From positions 492,769 through 556,768 of the forward strand of contig OZ244779.1 in assembly GCA_965219575.1 (NCBI GenBank): a stretch of DNA of 64,000 bases. Reading direction: 5' to 3'. This document shows positions 29,847 to 40,134 of this stretch, piece after piece. Every line of letters starts with the position of its first letter. The stretch's first letter is position 1. This stretch comes from Candidatus Oxydemutatoraceae bacterium (GTDB lineage: Bacteria > Pseudomonadota > Gammaproteobacteria > Poriferisulfidales > Oxydemutatoraceae). The notes under the pieces were generated by a model. The model was not told where the DNA came from. It saw only the letters and a list, made by a program, of their open reading frames with translations, and made no database searches. Made by a program: the position numbers and the translations under genes.

Positions 29847-30405
29847 GTTAAGTTCTCCTGTAATGTTTTTAACTTCTCTAGTTTATCGGAAAAACTAACT
29901 TTAAGCATTAGTACTAAATTTTGGGAGAACGTCAAAAGTATTAGCTTAGTTGATTTACTAACGCTGCTACTCATTGGCATAATAGGTTCGGCTATAGTTC
30001 TTTGGGGGATTCTAGAAGACGATATTATTGTTTATACGTTAGGAATAATTATTATGTGTGTTCTTTTAGCTTATGGTGTTATGAAATTTATCATAAATGT
30101 CTTAAATCTTGTTTGGCGACTCAAAGATCGCGCAAGAATAAGCGAAAGATCAATAACTAGAACCTAAACTACTGCCACCCCTCCACAGGAGGGGAATAAT
30201 ACTCTTCAACAGCCCCACATATATACTTTTTGGGTTCCGTACCCCCCTATATCTGCGGTTATTCTATGATAAAATCAGCCACAGGAAACGAGTAGCGAGT
30301 ATAGGACGAGTGATAATTCAAATAAATAGGTGGTCGGTTGATAAGGTAATCAGGCGTTGGGCGACACAACGGGTCTATGAAGTAGTGACACGGCAGTCTT
30401 AAGAG

Positions 30406-31056
30406 GTGATTTCAAAGTATATGCGTGAGCATCAAACATGCGGCAAAAGAAGTCGCTTTTTCCGGCAAAGGAGTTATGGCAATGTGCAGCAAGGTGAATC
30501 GGCACCGTATGCGGTCGTCGCTTCGGTGTTGCTATTGCTCTCCTTGCTTCTCGTGTCGGCATCTGCGTTGTATGCCGACGGACATTCGGGTTTGGGTCCG
30601 GTAATCCCCAAGGCTAAGGGTGAGCAGTGTGTAGAACCGACGGAGGTCATGCGTCGGCGGCACCACGAGTTTATATTGCATCAGCGTGATGATACCGTGA
30701 TTGAGGGGATACGCACCGAGCAATACCGATTTACCCGTTGCATAGATTGTCATGTGCAGCCGACTGCGGCGGGCGAGTATCCGCGCCACAGCGACGATAC
30801 GCATTTCTGCACCGCATGTCATCTTTATAGCAGTGTGAGCATAGATTGTTTTCAGTGCCATGCAGATCGTCCTGCGCAAGCCTACACCACTATCAAATCA
30901 AAGCCCGAATCGGACTTGAAGGCGTTATCGGATATGAAACAACCGCAAAGCGGGTTATCATTGCAGTTTATACAAAAGCATTTAGGTGATGTTGAGAAAA
31001 CAAACGGCAATGAACGAGTGAGTAGTAATGAACAAGCAAGTGGCAATGGACGATAA
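30406..31056 (+). CDS. dsrJ: Triheme cytochrome c DsrJ
   Basis: CVEP..MRRRH...HQRD.TV..GIR followed by CIDCH, CTACH and CFQCH; true start probably downstream of 30406. Confidence 0.85.
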   Translation: MISKYMREHQTCGKRSRFFRQRSYGNVQQGESAPYAVVASVLLLLSLLLVSASALYADGHSGLGPVIPKAKGEQCVEPTEVMRRRHHEFILHQRDDTVIEGIRTEQYRFTRCIDCHVQPTAAGEYPRHSDDTHFCTACHLYSSVSIDCFQCHADRPAQAYTTIKSKPESDLKALSDMKQPQSGLSLQFIQKHLGDVEKTNGNERVSSNEQASGNGR

Positions 31057-31822
31057 AAATCTAAATACTTCGGCAGCCTCCGACTTGCCTCTTTCCAAAG
31101 GGCGGCGTGAGTTTATCCGCAAGGGAGGGGCGTTGATGGGTGGATTGACGATTGCGCCGGGTGTTTTTTTATACAGCATGCCGCATGCGAAGCCGGCGGA
31201 TCAACCGGTGACCGATGCGGTGCGGTGGGGGATGTTGGTTGATGTCAATGCGTGTGCCGACGGTTGCAGTGCCTGTGTGGAGGCGTGCAACGAGGAGCAC
31301 GGTTTGCAGAGCTTGGGACGACCGGCGACCGATGCGCAATGGATACGCAAGCTAACCGTGCGAGATAAAACAACCGGGAATAAAAAATCGTTTCCGGTGA
31401 TGTGTCAGCATTGCGAGAAGCCGCCGTGTGTGGATGTTTGCCCGACGGGCGCATCGTTTCGGCGTGCCGACGGTATCGTATTGGTGAACAAGCATACTTG
31501 CATCGGCTGTCGTTATTGTATGATGGCGTGTCCTTATAAGGCGCGTTCGTTCATACACGAGACACTAACCGATCAACTGCCCCATGCCCCGCGTGGCAAA
31601 GGCACCGTCGAGAGCTGTACCTTATGCGTTCATAAGGTAGACCGTGGCGACGGCACCACCGCTTGTGTAGAGGCCTGTGAAAGAGCGGGACACAATGCGT
31701 TGATTTTCGGCGATCTGAACGATCCCGAGAGCGAGATTTCGCAGCGTTTGGGAAAATATGGAGGGACACAAATCCGAGCCGATTTAGGGCTGAACACCGG
31801 CGTGCGTTATCAAGGCATCTAA
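31028..31822 (+). CDS. dsrO: Tat-exported 4Fe-4S protein DsrO
   Basis: GRREFI Tat motif; RWGMLVD, CQHCEKPPCVDVCP, CIGCRYCMMACPY and CTLC. Confidence 0.9.
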   Translation: MNKQVAMDDKNLNTSAASDLPLSKGRREFIRKGGALMGGLTIAPGVFLYSMPHAKPADQPVTDAVRWGMLVDVNACADGCSACVEACNEEHGLQSLGRPATDAQWIRKLTVRDKTTGNKKSFPVMCQHCEKPPCVDVCPTGASFRRADGIVLVNKHTCIGCRYCMMACPYKARSFIHETLTDQLPHAPRGKGTVESCTLCVHKVDRGDGTTACVEACERAGHNALIFGDLNDPESEISQRLGKYGGTQIRADLGLNTGVRYQGI

Positions 31823-31825
31823 GCG

Positions 31826-33058
31826 ATGGAAAACACCGCGCATAAATTAATCCGTTATAGTTCTATGCCCGCGAATAGTTCGGGCTTTTTTATATTGCTG
31901 GGGACTTTCGGGTTGCTGGTATCGGCAGGCATAGCGGCTGCCTATTATATGGAACATCACGGGCATTATGTGACCGGCATGAGCAACCAAGTCGTTTGGG
32001 GCATGCCGCATGTGTTTGCGATATTTCTAATCGTTGCAGCATCGGGTGCGTTGAATGTAGCGTCGATCGCTTCGGTTTTCGGCAAGGCGGATTACAAACC
32101 GTTGGCGCGCTTTTCCGGTCTGCTCGCGGTTGCGTTGCTGAGCGGTGGGCTTGCGGTGTTGGTATTGGACTTGGGTCGCCCCGACCGTCTCATCGTTGCG
32201 ATGACCTATTACAATTTCAAATCCATATTTGCATGGAACATATTTCTTTATAGCGGTTTCTTTATAGTCGTTGCTATTTATCTATGGACGATGTCTGAGC
32301 GCAAGATGGCACCGTACATCAAATCGGCGGGTGTATTCGCACTGTTATGGCGTTTGACATTGACGACCGGCACCGGGGCTATTTTCGGGTTCTTGGTTGC
32401 CCGCCAAGCCTACGACGCTGCAGTAATGGCACCGATGTTTATTATCATGTCGTTCTCTTACGGGCTTGCGGTTTTTATTTTGGTGCTGACGACGGCGTGC
32501 TATCTAACGAAGCGTCCGCTCGGCGACTATATCTTGTTTAAGCTCAAAGACTTGCTCGGAATATTCGTTGCGGTCGTGCTGTATTTTGTAATCGCCTATC
32601 ATGTGTCTAATCTCTATGTTGCCGAACACGAAGGCATACAATCTTTTATATTGGTCAGTGGCGGTATTTATACCTCATTATTTTGGGGAGGGCAGATAAT
32701 CCTCGGCAGTTTGGTGCCGTTGGTGCTCTTTTATAGTCCGCCGACTCGGCAATGCAGGGCTGCCACATCGATCGGTTGTGTTTTGGTACTGCTGGGTGCG
32801 ATGGCTCAGTTGTATGTAATCATCATCGGCGGTCAGGCGTATCCGCTGGTGATGTTTCCGGGGATGGTGGAGCAAAGCAGTTTTTATGACGGTGTCGTTG
32901 CCGAGTATATTCCGAGTTTGCCCGAAATCGTACTCGGTGTAGGCGGCATTGCGCTGGCGTTGGCAATTTTGGTTTTTGCGCTTGCAGTTCTGGATTTTCT
33001 GCCCGATGATTTATCCGATAAACAGTTTGGTGTAGACACCACGCCGCAACCTAAATAA
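31826..33058 (+). CDS. dsrP: NrfD/PsrC-family membrane protein DsrP
   Basis: TGMSNQVVWG, DLGRPDRL, IIIGGQAYP; multiple TM helices; follows dsrJO. Confidence 0.9.
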   Translation: MENTAHKLIRYSSMPANSSGFFILLGTFGLLVSAGIAAAYYMEHHGHYVTGMSNQVVWGMPHVFAIFLIVAASGALNVASIASVFGKADYKPLARFSGLLAVALLSGGLAVLVLDLGRPDRLIVAMTYYNFKSIFAWNIFLYSGFFIVVAIYLWTMSERKMAPYIKSAGVFALLWRLTLTTGTGAIFGFLVARQAYDAAVMAPMFIIMSFSYGLAVFILVLTTACYLTKRPLGDYILFKLKDLLGIFVAVVLYFVIAYHVSNLYVAEHEGIQSFILVSGGIYTSLFWGGQIILGSLVPLVLFYSPPTRQCRAATSIGCVLVLLGAMAQLYVIIIGGQAYPLVMFPGMVEQSSFYDGVVAEYIPSLPEIVLGVGGIALALAILVFALAVLDFLPDDLSDKQFGVDTTPQPK

Positions 33059-33071
33059 AGGAGCGTTATTT

Positions 33072-34463
33072 ATGTATCAAACAATGGCCGATGTAATCGG
33101 CTCAATCAACAGTATCGTATGGGGCGCACCGATGCTGATTATTATCGTAGGGGTCGGGTTGTTTCTAACCGTAGGATTATCTTTGCTACCGCTAAGGAAA
33201 ATCGGTCATGGCTTTGTTTTGATGTGGCAGGGACGGACCTCGGAAGGTAAGGGAGATATCAGTGCTTTTCATGCCTTGATGACTTCGCTTTCGGCAACCA
33301 TAGGTACTGGAAATATCGCCGGGGTTGCAACCGCAATCGCAATAGGTGGTCCCGGTGCAGTTTTCTGGATGTGGATTACCGCATTGGTCGGCATGGCAAC
33401 CAAGTACAGCGAGGCTGTCTGTGCGGTGCATTTTAGAGAAACCGACAGTACCGGCAAGCATATAGGCGGTCCTATGTACTATATTAAGAACGGTCTCGGT
33501 TCCCAATGGAAATGGCTGGCCGGAGTTTTCGCTGCGATGGGAGCGATCGCCGCATTCGGCATAGGCAACATGGTACAGTCAAACTCGATCGCCGCCGCAT
33601 TGGATGACCAGGGTGTTTATCCTCTTGCTACCGCAGCCGTATTATTTGTGTTGATATCATTGGCACTAATCGGCGGCATCAGCCGCATTGCGGTTTGGGC
33701 GGGAAAATTGGTGCCGTTTATGACCGTTCTCTATGTGGCAAGTTCCCTAGCCATTTTGATAATCAATTACGACGCAATACCGTCTGCGCTTAATCTGATA
33801 GTGACAACTGCGTTCACCGGCACCGCTGCGACCGGTGGTTTTACGGGTGCGGCGGTTGCTATGGCGATTCAGTTCGGAATTGCAAGGGGTGTGTTTTCCA
33901 ACGAGGCGGGGTTGGGTAGTGCGCCGATCGCGCACGCTGCGGCGAGAACCAAAGGCCCGATCACTCAAGGGCATATCGCGATGTTGGGTACTTTTATAGA
34001 CACCATCATTATATGTTCTATGACGGCACTTGTGATTGTCAGTACCGGCGTATGGTCCAGCGGCGAGACCGGGGTTGACCTAACCGCGATGGCGTTCAAT
34101 GAGGTATTAATGGGCGGAAATTACATTGTTATATTTTCTTTAGTGATATTCGCTTTTACGACGATACTGGGATGGAGTTATTACGGCGAAAAGTGCTGGC
34201 AATATCTATTCGGTGTTAAGGGTGTGCCGATATACAGAGTCGCATGGGTTATAGCGGTTTTCATAGGTCCTTGGGCATTGACTTGGGAAGAAACCGCCCG
34301 CGCCGGTATAGACCTGATTTGGCTGATTGCCGACACGCTGAATGCGGCAATGGCATTGCCTAATTTGATCGCACTAGTGCTGTTGGCACCCATCGTAATA
34401 CGCCTGACCCGCAAATATTACGACAAACAATCCGTAGGAAAGGGCGAGACCGAACTCACATAA
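33072..34463 (+). CDS. Alanine/glycine:cation symporter (AGCS family)
   Basis: ATIGTGNIAGVATAI..GGPGAVFWMW, GGPMYY and ARGVFSNEAGLGSAPIAHA. Confidence 0.95.
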   Translation: MYQTMADVIGSINSIVWGAPMLIIIVGVGLFLTVGLSLLPLRKIGHGFVLMWQGRTSEGKGDISAFHALMTSLSATIGTGNIAGVATAIAIGGPGAVFWMWITALVGMATKYSEAVCAVHFRETDSTGKHIGGPMYYIKNGLGSQWKWLAGVFAAMGAIAAFGIGNMVQSNSIAAALDDQGVYPLATAAVLFVLISLALIGGISRIAVWAGKLVPFMTVLYVASSLAILIINYDAIPSALNLIVTTAFTGTAATGGFTGAAVAMAIQFGIARGVFSNEAGLGSAPIAHAAARTKGPITQGHIAMLGTFIDTIIICSMTALVIVSTGVWSSGETGVDLTAMAFNEVLMGGNYIVIFSLVIFAFTTILGWSYYGEKCWQYLFGVKGVPIYRVAWVIAVFIGPWALTWEETARAGIDLIWLIADTLNAAMALPNLIALVLLAPIVIRLTRKYYDKQSVGKGETELT

Positions 34464-34465
34464 CC

Positions 34466-34750
34466 ATTATTCCCCTCCTTTGGCGAGGTGATTGTGAAAG
34501 TGGGGCTGTTGAAAAAGTGCAGATATCGCACAAATCCAAACGCTTGCGCCGTTTGGGTTTGGTTTCCATAAATGGGATGGATAAATGTATAAATCATGCA
34601 GATACGACACAACCACCCCGTCAGGCTTCGCCTGCCACCCCTCCGAAGGAGGGGAATGTACCGCTCCTCAGGTTCGTGGATACTTTTTCAACAGTCGCCA
34701 AGGTTCTGCACAATGTCACGCCGATTGACCTACAAGTTCAATCGGCGGTT
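34466..34750. repeat. MITE-like modular repeat between convergent genes, overlapping the lipA 3' end
   Basis: GGGGCTGTTGAAAAAGT ... TACTTTTTCAACAGT plus GCCGATTGA..TCAATCGGC hairpin. Confidence 0.8.
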
Positions 34751-35681
34751 CTATTGCGCTTGCGTGATAGGAAGAACGAACCAAAGGTCCGCTCTGCACT
34801 CGCTTGAAACCCATCGCATAGCCGAGTTCCTCCAGCTCCTTGAATTCACTGGGGCTTAAATAGCGTTGCACCGGCCAATACCCGGCACCGGGTTGCAGAT
34901 ATTGTCCTAGGGTGAGGTGGTCTACGCGATGTGCGATCAAATCGTGCATGACGGCTTTTATTTCGGCTATGCGCTCTCCGAGTCCGAGCATCAAGCCCGA
35001 CTTGGTAAAGATATCGGGAAAACGGGTCTTATGTGCGCGCAATAGTTTCAAAGAACCCTCGTAATCGGCTCCGCGGCGCACATTTCTATAGAGGCGCGGC
35101 ACCGTCTCTAGGTTATGGTTAAAGACATCGCAAGGTGCTTTGCTCAATGCCGAGAGCGCATGGTCTACACGCCCTCTGAAATCGGGCACCAGTATTTCTA
35201 TTTTGATATGCCTGACTTTTTGCCTGATCGTAGAGATACAAGAAGCGAAGTGATTGGCACCGCGATCGTCAAGGTCGTCTCTATCCACCGAAGTGATGAC
35301 GACATAGTCTAAACCTAAGTCGGCAATCAGTTGTGCCAAGCGGCGAGGTTCCTCGGGGTCGAGTGGCGAGGGACGACCGTGTGCAACATCGCAAAATGCA
35401 CATCGCCGGGTGCAAATATCGCCTAAGATCATGAATGTTGCCGTGGATTGCGCAAAACATTCAACGAGATTGGGGCACTTTGCTTCCTCGCAAACGGTGT
35501 GTAGTTTTTGCTTTCTTATCAGGGTGCGCATCGCATCGACGCGCGGGTTATCTTGTAGCTTGATACGCAACCAAGACGGCTTTTTTTTGATAGCTTGCGG
35601 CTGGACCGAGGCGATATAACGAGCGGGTATTTTATCAATGCCACGGCGGTGGGTTATCGGTTCAAGGCGCGAACGAATCAT
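34716..35681 (-). CDS. lipA: Lipoyl synthase
   Basis: [28 protein letters not shown] and VRSSYHA. Confidence 0.97.
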   Translation of the reverse strand: MIRSRLEPITHRRGIDKIPARYIASVQPQAIKKKPSWLRIKLQDNPRVDAMRTLIRKQKLHTVCEEAKCPNLVECFAQSTATFMILGDICTRRCAFCDVAHGRPSPLDPEEPRRLAQLIADLGLDYVVITSVDRDDLDDRGANHFASCISTIRQKVRHIKIEILVPDFRGRVDHALSALSKAPCDVFNHNLETVPRLYRNVRRGADYEGSLKLLRAHKTRFPDIFTKSGLMLGLGERIAEIKAVMHDLIAHRVDHLTLGQYLQPGAGYWPVQRYLSPSEFKELEELGYAMGFKRVQSGPLVRSSYHASAIEPPIELVGQSA

Positions 35682-36322
35682 GGTTTTGATAGTTCACGAT
35701 TTAACTCTTGTGCCAAGATGTCGGCTAATTGATAGCAGACATCCGAGACATTTGCCCGAATGCCGTAATCGGACATTTGGGTCATTTTGATTCCGGCAAG
35801 CCCACACGGAACGATCGAATCAAACGGCATTAAATCCATATCTACATTGAGTGCGATCCCGTGATAACAACATCCTTTATAGACGCATAATCCCAGCGAG
35901 GCAATTTTTGCTTTTGATACATACAGTCCCGGCGCACCGTGAATACGCTCTGCTACTATGCCGTAGCGTGCGAGCAGAATAATAACCGATTCTTCCAGTA
36001 AGTCGATATAGGTTCTTAATGCGATGCGCAGGCGTCTTAAATCGAGCAGAGTATACAAGATTGCCTGACCGGGTCCGTGATAACTCGTCAACCCACCTCG
36101 ATCGCTACACACCACGGGGATAGAACGATTACTCTTTATCGGATCAGATTTTGTTTGTCGGCGGCCTTGGGTGTAGACGGGTTCGTGCTCCAATAACCAG
36201 AATTGATCGCGGCTTTGCGCATTGCGGTTGTGTGTATACCGATGCATCTCACGGTAAATCGCGTTATATTCACATCGCCCTCGGTAGAGGTAATCGAAGT
36301 TTGGAGGATTAATAGTCATCAT
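35678..36322 (-). CDS. lipB: Octanoyltransferase
   Basis: [34 protein letters not shown] and PCG. Confidence 0.95.
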   Translation of the reverse strand: MMTINPPNFDYLYRGRCEYNAIYREMHRYTHNRNAQSRDQFWLLEHEPVYTQGRRQTKSDPIKSNRSIPVVCSDRGGLTSYHGPGQAILYTLLDLRRLRIALRTYIDLLEESVIILLARYGIVAERIHGAPGLYVSKAKIASLGLCVYKGCCYHGIALNVDMDLMPFDSIVPCGLAGIKMTQMSDYGIRANVSDVCYQLADILAQELNRELSKP

Positions 36323-36430
36323 TACATATTAAACTATTAGCCGGGTTTTGCCACATAATGTTTACCGACCACCTCGTTAGGTTATGCCCGCCCTTGATGT
36401 GGAGAAGGGAAAATACCGTTTTGCACGAAC

Positions 36431-36520
36431 AGTGGGGCTGTTGAAAAAGTATTTCATAAAGTTGTAGGGGCGGACTAAAATTAAATTGCCGATTGACCTA
36501 CCGGCTCAATCGGCAGTTCC
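36431..36520. repeat. Partial modular repeat
   Basis: GGGGCTGTTGAAAAAGTA, GTAGGGGCGGAC and GCCGATTGA..TCAATCGGC modules. Confidence 0.7.
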
Positions 36521-36583
36521 ATAAGTTGATTTTCTTGTCTATCATTGTATATAATTTCCCCAATTATATAATCATCTAAAAGC

Positions 36584-37516
36584 ATGGATTCAAAACGGGC
36601 ACAAGGCAGGTTTTATACATTGGGCAATCCTTTTGTATTAAAGCCTTTCAAACAATGGGCGGAACTAGCGAACATATCTCAAACTCGTATATTAGAACCG
36701 TTTGCCGGTGCCAATCACATCGTAGATGCGCTGATTGATTTAGGGTTGTGCAGAGAATTTATCTCCTACGACATCAAGCCTAACCACAAGGAAGTCAAAG
36801 AGAGAAACACGATAGCCGATTTTCCTGAAGGGTACGATGTCTGTATCACTAATCCGCCATGGCTGGCGCGGAACTCGGCAACCCGCAGAGGCTTGCCTTA
36901 TCCCCAAACAAAACACGACGACCTCTATAAACACTGCTTGGAATTATGTCTAAACAACTGCAAAAGTGTAGCCGTGCTGATCCCTGCCAGCTATTTGCAG
37001 AGCGGACTGTTTAGGGAACGACTCGGTAGCTATATCCTTTTACACGACACGATTTTCAGTGACACCGAAAACCCCGTATGTCTTGCATTATTTAATGCCG
37101 AGGCAAGCGACGATATCTCAATCCATTACGGCGATAAACCTATAGGGATGCTGAATGCACTCGAAGAGCAATTACCCGAACCCAAACGGGATCGGCGGGT
37201 GCGTTTCAACGATCCGAACGGCAAATTAGGATTTATATCTTTTGACAATGCCAAAGAACCCAGCATCAGGTTTTGCGATGCCGAAGATATAAAAGACTAT
37301 CGGATTAAACATTCGTCCAGATTTATCACGCGCATAAGCGGAGACTTCGGAGACTTATCGGTATTGATTAAAAAATTAAACGATGCGATAGAATCATTCA
37401 GACACAATACGGAGGATATTTTTCTTACCCCCTTTAAGGGCATACGAGAAGACGGACGCTATCGTCGTAGAATGGATTTCAACTTAGCGCGAAGATTTAT
37501 CAACAGCACTTGTTGA
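36584..37516 (+). CDS. Orphan amino-(N6A/N4C) DNA methyltransferase-like protein
   Basis: G.FYT, LEPFAGAN (SAM-binding) and ITNPPW (catalytic) motifs. Confidence 0.7.
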   Translation: MDSKRAQGRFYTLGNPFVLKPFKQWAELANISQTRILEPFAGANHIVDALIDLGLCREFISYDIKPNHKEVKERNTIADFPEGYDVCITNPPWLARNSATRRGLPYPQTKHDDLYKHCLELCLNNCKSVAVLIPASYLQSGLFRERLGSYILLHDTIFSDTENPVCLALFNAEASDDISIHYGDKPIGMLNALEEQLPEPKRDRRVRFNDPNGKLGFISFDNAKEPSIRFCDAEDIKDYRIKHSSRFITRISGDFGDLSVLIKKLNDAIESFRHNTEDIFLTPFKGIREDGRYRRRMDFNLARRFINSTC

Positions 37517-37518
37517 AA

Positions 37519-38352
37519 TCAAAAAGATACCTTTATGCTGCGATGTTGCGAGCAAGGAAAACTCTGTCGCAGTTTCGCTTGTTGCTTGCAATCCGTCTCG
37601 GCGATTACCACTTGTTCGGTATCTTCTTTGGCATCGGCTACTACATATCCCCACGGTTCTACAATCGCGCTATGTCCATAAGTACTGCGGTCATTCGCAT
37701 GCCGGCCTACTTGATTCGCACCGATAACCCAGACTTGGTTCTCCACCGCTCGGGCGCGTAGCAACAACTGCCAATGCGCTTTGCCGGTATGCTGGGTGAA
37801 CGCAGAAGGAAACGCAATAATCTCGGCACCTTTAGAAAGCAGTAGCCTGAACAACTCGGGAAACCTCAAATCGTAGCAAACCGCAAGTCCGATACAACCC
37901 AGCGGTGTCTGCACAACAACCGCCTCGGTTCCCGGCTTGAAAACAGACGATTCCCTATAGCTTTCGCCTCTTTCGGGTAGGTCTACATCGAACAGATGTA
38001 TCTTTTTGTAGGATGCCACGCATTCGCCTTTGTCGTCATAAAGCAGGCACGTCCCATGAACACGTGCCTCTCCTCTTATCAGCGTAGGTACCGTGCCACC
38101 TGCTAAATAGACTTGATGCTGTGCCGCTTGGTGAGAGAGAAAATCCTGTATCTTGCCCTGTCCCTCTTCCTCGGCAATGTTCAACTGTGCCTTTAAGGAC
38201 TCACCCATAAAAGCGAAAGTCTCGGGTAGTACGATCAACCGTGCGCCTCGATCAGCCGCCTGTTTGATTAAGTCTGCACAGCGTTTTAAGTTGTCCGCCA
38301 AGTCCGAACTGCTGTTCATTTGCAGTGCGGCGCATTTGAATTTTTCCACCAT
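37519..38352 (-). CDS. Carbon-nitrogen hydrolase (Nit family)
   Basis: LPE, YKKIHLFDV and VCYDLRFPE triad; RARAVENQ and GHS. Confidence 0.93.
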   Translation of the reverse strand: MVEKFKCAALQMNSSSDLADNLKRCADLIKQAADRGARLIVLPETFAFMGESLKAQLNIAEEEGQGKIQDFLSHQAAQHQVYLAGGTVPTLIRGEARVHGTCLLYDDKGECVASYKKIHLFDVDLPERGESYRESSVFKPGTEAVVVQTPLGCIGLAVCYDLRFPELFRLLLSKGAEIIAFPSAFTQHTGKAHWQLLLRARAVENQVWVIGANQVGRHANDRSTYGHSAIVEPWGYVVADAKEDTEQVVIAETDCKQQAKLRQSFPCSQHRSIKVSF

Positions 38353-38555
38353 TTTTATCCTGAATAATTAATAAGAGCGATATATGATAGCCTGATTTTT
38401 GTGATATCTTTATTTTGGGAGTTATATAGGTAAATGGTATTTGATTGTTCTATGGGTTTGCATTGATATAATTTAACATTTCTTTGTCAAGTTAACTATA
38501 TAATTCCCTTTATTTTTATGGTAAATTATCATTAAAAACACATAAGGAGGGAAAC

Positions 38556-40046
38556 ATGCTTAAATCTAAAATTTTATCGTTTACCGTTATATCATTTGTC
38601 ATGATATATTTTTCGGCTTATAGCAACCAGGGCTATGCTCAACCGAATGATCCATTACCGCTATACGCAACATCGAAACCCACGCATGGTGGTGGACGAG
38701 GCATGGAACTCGGAGAGGGTAATTTTATACTCAGGGGTTCTCTGGAGGCGCAAATGGATTTTTTTCAAGGACACGACAACCGGCCGTTTATTGCCGGCGA
38801 AGATGCAACCAGCGTATTTAGTCGTCCGACACCCGGCACCGACACCGAACGTTTTCATATTCCCAGAGGGCGATTATCTCTGGACTGGTCTATCACTGAG
38901 AATACGAAACTGAGTCTAGGGTGGGGAAGTGATTTAGCGCGTCGTAAGAACCGCTACGGTCAGCGGCTTGAATATGTCGATAGACTTTTTATAGAGTCCG
39001 AATTTCAATACGGAACTTTAAGATTAGGATACGACAAAGCACCTTTCGGGCTGGAAAAAATTGCCGCCTTAGATACACAACCGGTGGTCGAGCGGTCTAT
39101 TGCAACCTATTATTTCAACGGCTATACTCACTGGGATAATGGCATCGGACGGCCGACAGGTTATGTTTGTAATCCCCTCGGTATAGGCACTCGCAGACAC
39201 GGAATTTATTGGTACGGCGACGGCCCGAAATACAATACGGGTTCGTTTTCCTATCACCTCGCTTACACGCGCGATCCGTATAACCCTTTCTTTAGCTACC
39301 GTAGTGCATACAGCAGACCACAAGGTCCTAACATATTCGGCGGCATTAGCTACAGCACCGATACCCGACAGGATCAATGGTGGCGACTCGGCATTAATAT
39401 GTCTTATCTGCGTTACGGCCTCGCCTATTTCCCGATACAAGGAAGAAACTACGAGCCACTGCATGCGTTCAATCCATACTTTATCTACAACACCGAAACT
39501 TCCACTTGGAGCGCAGAACTGTTTGCAAGTCACGCCAGACACGGAGAGATACAAGTGGGTAATTTTATAGATAGACCTCGGGCTGCAGAACGCACTGCGC
39601 GTACCGATTCATCACAGGCACTGGGGGCTAATCTAAGCTGGACACGCAGGCTGCCACAAGATTGGAGTATTAGCTCGAGGCTCTCGTATCTCGATACCGA
39701 CGGCGCAGGAGGCACGAGTGCTTTTATACGCGACATCGTCGCCGGCGACCGCACACCTATATTTACGGGTAACTTTGAGCGAGCCGCCTCTTTTTATATA
39801 GGTTCCAAAAAGCGCATCAACGACCACATGGAGTTCTTGGCAGGCTACGAGTACATCACACTAATGGACGATTTAGATTTCAACTTTTTCACCCAAACCG
39901 AACATCGTGGCGGTGGCAACCCTCTGAACGATATCGGCTTAGACCCGAGCGGCAATGTCATCGAACCGTCCAGAGCCTTTGCACTCAGAGGGGATGCCGA
40001 GCGAGATATACATGTGTGGCGTTTCAAGCTACGGTTTTTATTTTAA
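38556..40046 (+). CDS. Outer-membrane porin-like beta-barrel (OprO/P-like)
   Basis: Signal peptide, LRLGYDKAPFGLE, amphipathic strands, terminal KLRFLF. Confidence 0.65.
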   Translation: MLKSKILSFTVISFVMIYFSAYSNQGYAQPNDPLPLYATSKPTHGGGRGMELGEGNFILRGSLEAQMDFFQGHDNRPFIAGEDATSVFSRPTPGTDTERFHIPRGRLSLDWSITENTKLSLGWGSDLARRKNRYGQRLEYVDRLFIESEFQYGTLRLGYDKAPFGLEKIAALDTQPVVERSIATYYFNGYTHWDNGIGRPTGYVCNPLGIGTRRHGIYWYGDGPKYNTGSFSYHLAYTRDPYNPFFSYRSAYSRPQGPNIFGGISYSTDTRQDQWWRLGINMSYLRYGLAYFPIQGRNYEPLHAFNPYFIYNTETSTWSAELFASHARHGEIQVGNFIDRPRAAERTARTDSSQALGANLSWTRRLPQDWSISSRLSYLDTDGAGGTSAFIRDIVAGDRTPIFTGNFERAASFYIGSKKRINDHMEFLAGYEYITLMDDLDFNFFTQTEHRGGGNPLNDIGLDPSGNVIEPSRAFALRGDAERDIHVWRFKLRFLF

Positions 40047-40134
40047 GCGACACCGGTTCTCGGGTTTTTAAGCAAACTAATCGCTATTTGATATTAAAAT
40101 AGCTTATACTTTACACTTTCCCACAAAGCTAAAC

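Larger units (their letters stand above)
28721..29934 (-). mobile_element. IS3-family insertion sequence
   Basis: TG...CA ends with imperfect IRs (TGACGTTACCCCATTTTTA / TAAATTTTGGGAGAACGTCA); 4-bp target duplication AAAG. Confidence 0.93.
28671..30167 (+). pseudogene. Small membrane-protein gene interrupted by IS3
   Basis: Excising the IS gives in-frame MNRHLNDTHQQERRNESISLVDLLTLLL...KFIINVLNLVWRLKDR...*. Confidence 0.75.

Noticed and set aside
29817-30167. Independent 116-aa gene
   Set aside because: Its first 39 codons are IS3 end sequence; the remainder is the 3' part of the interrupted gene starting at 28671
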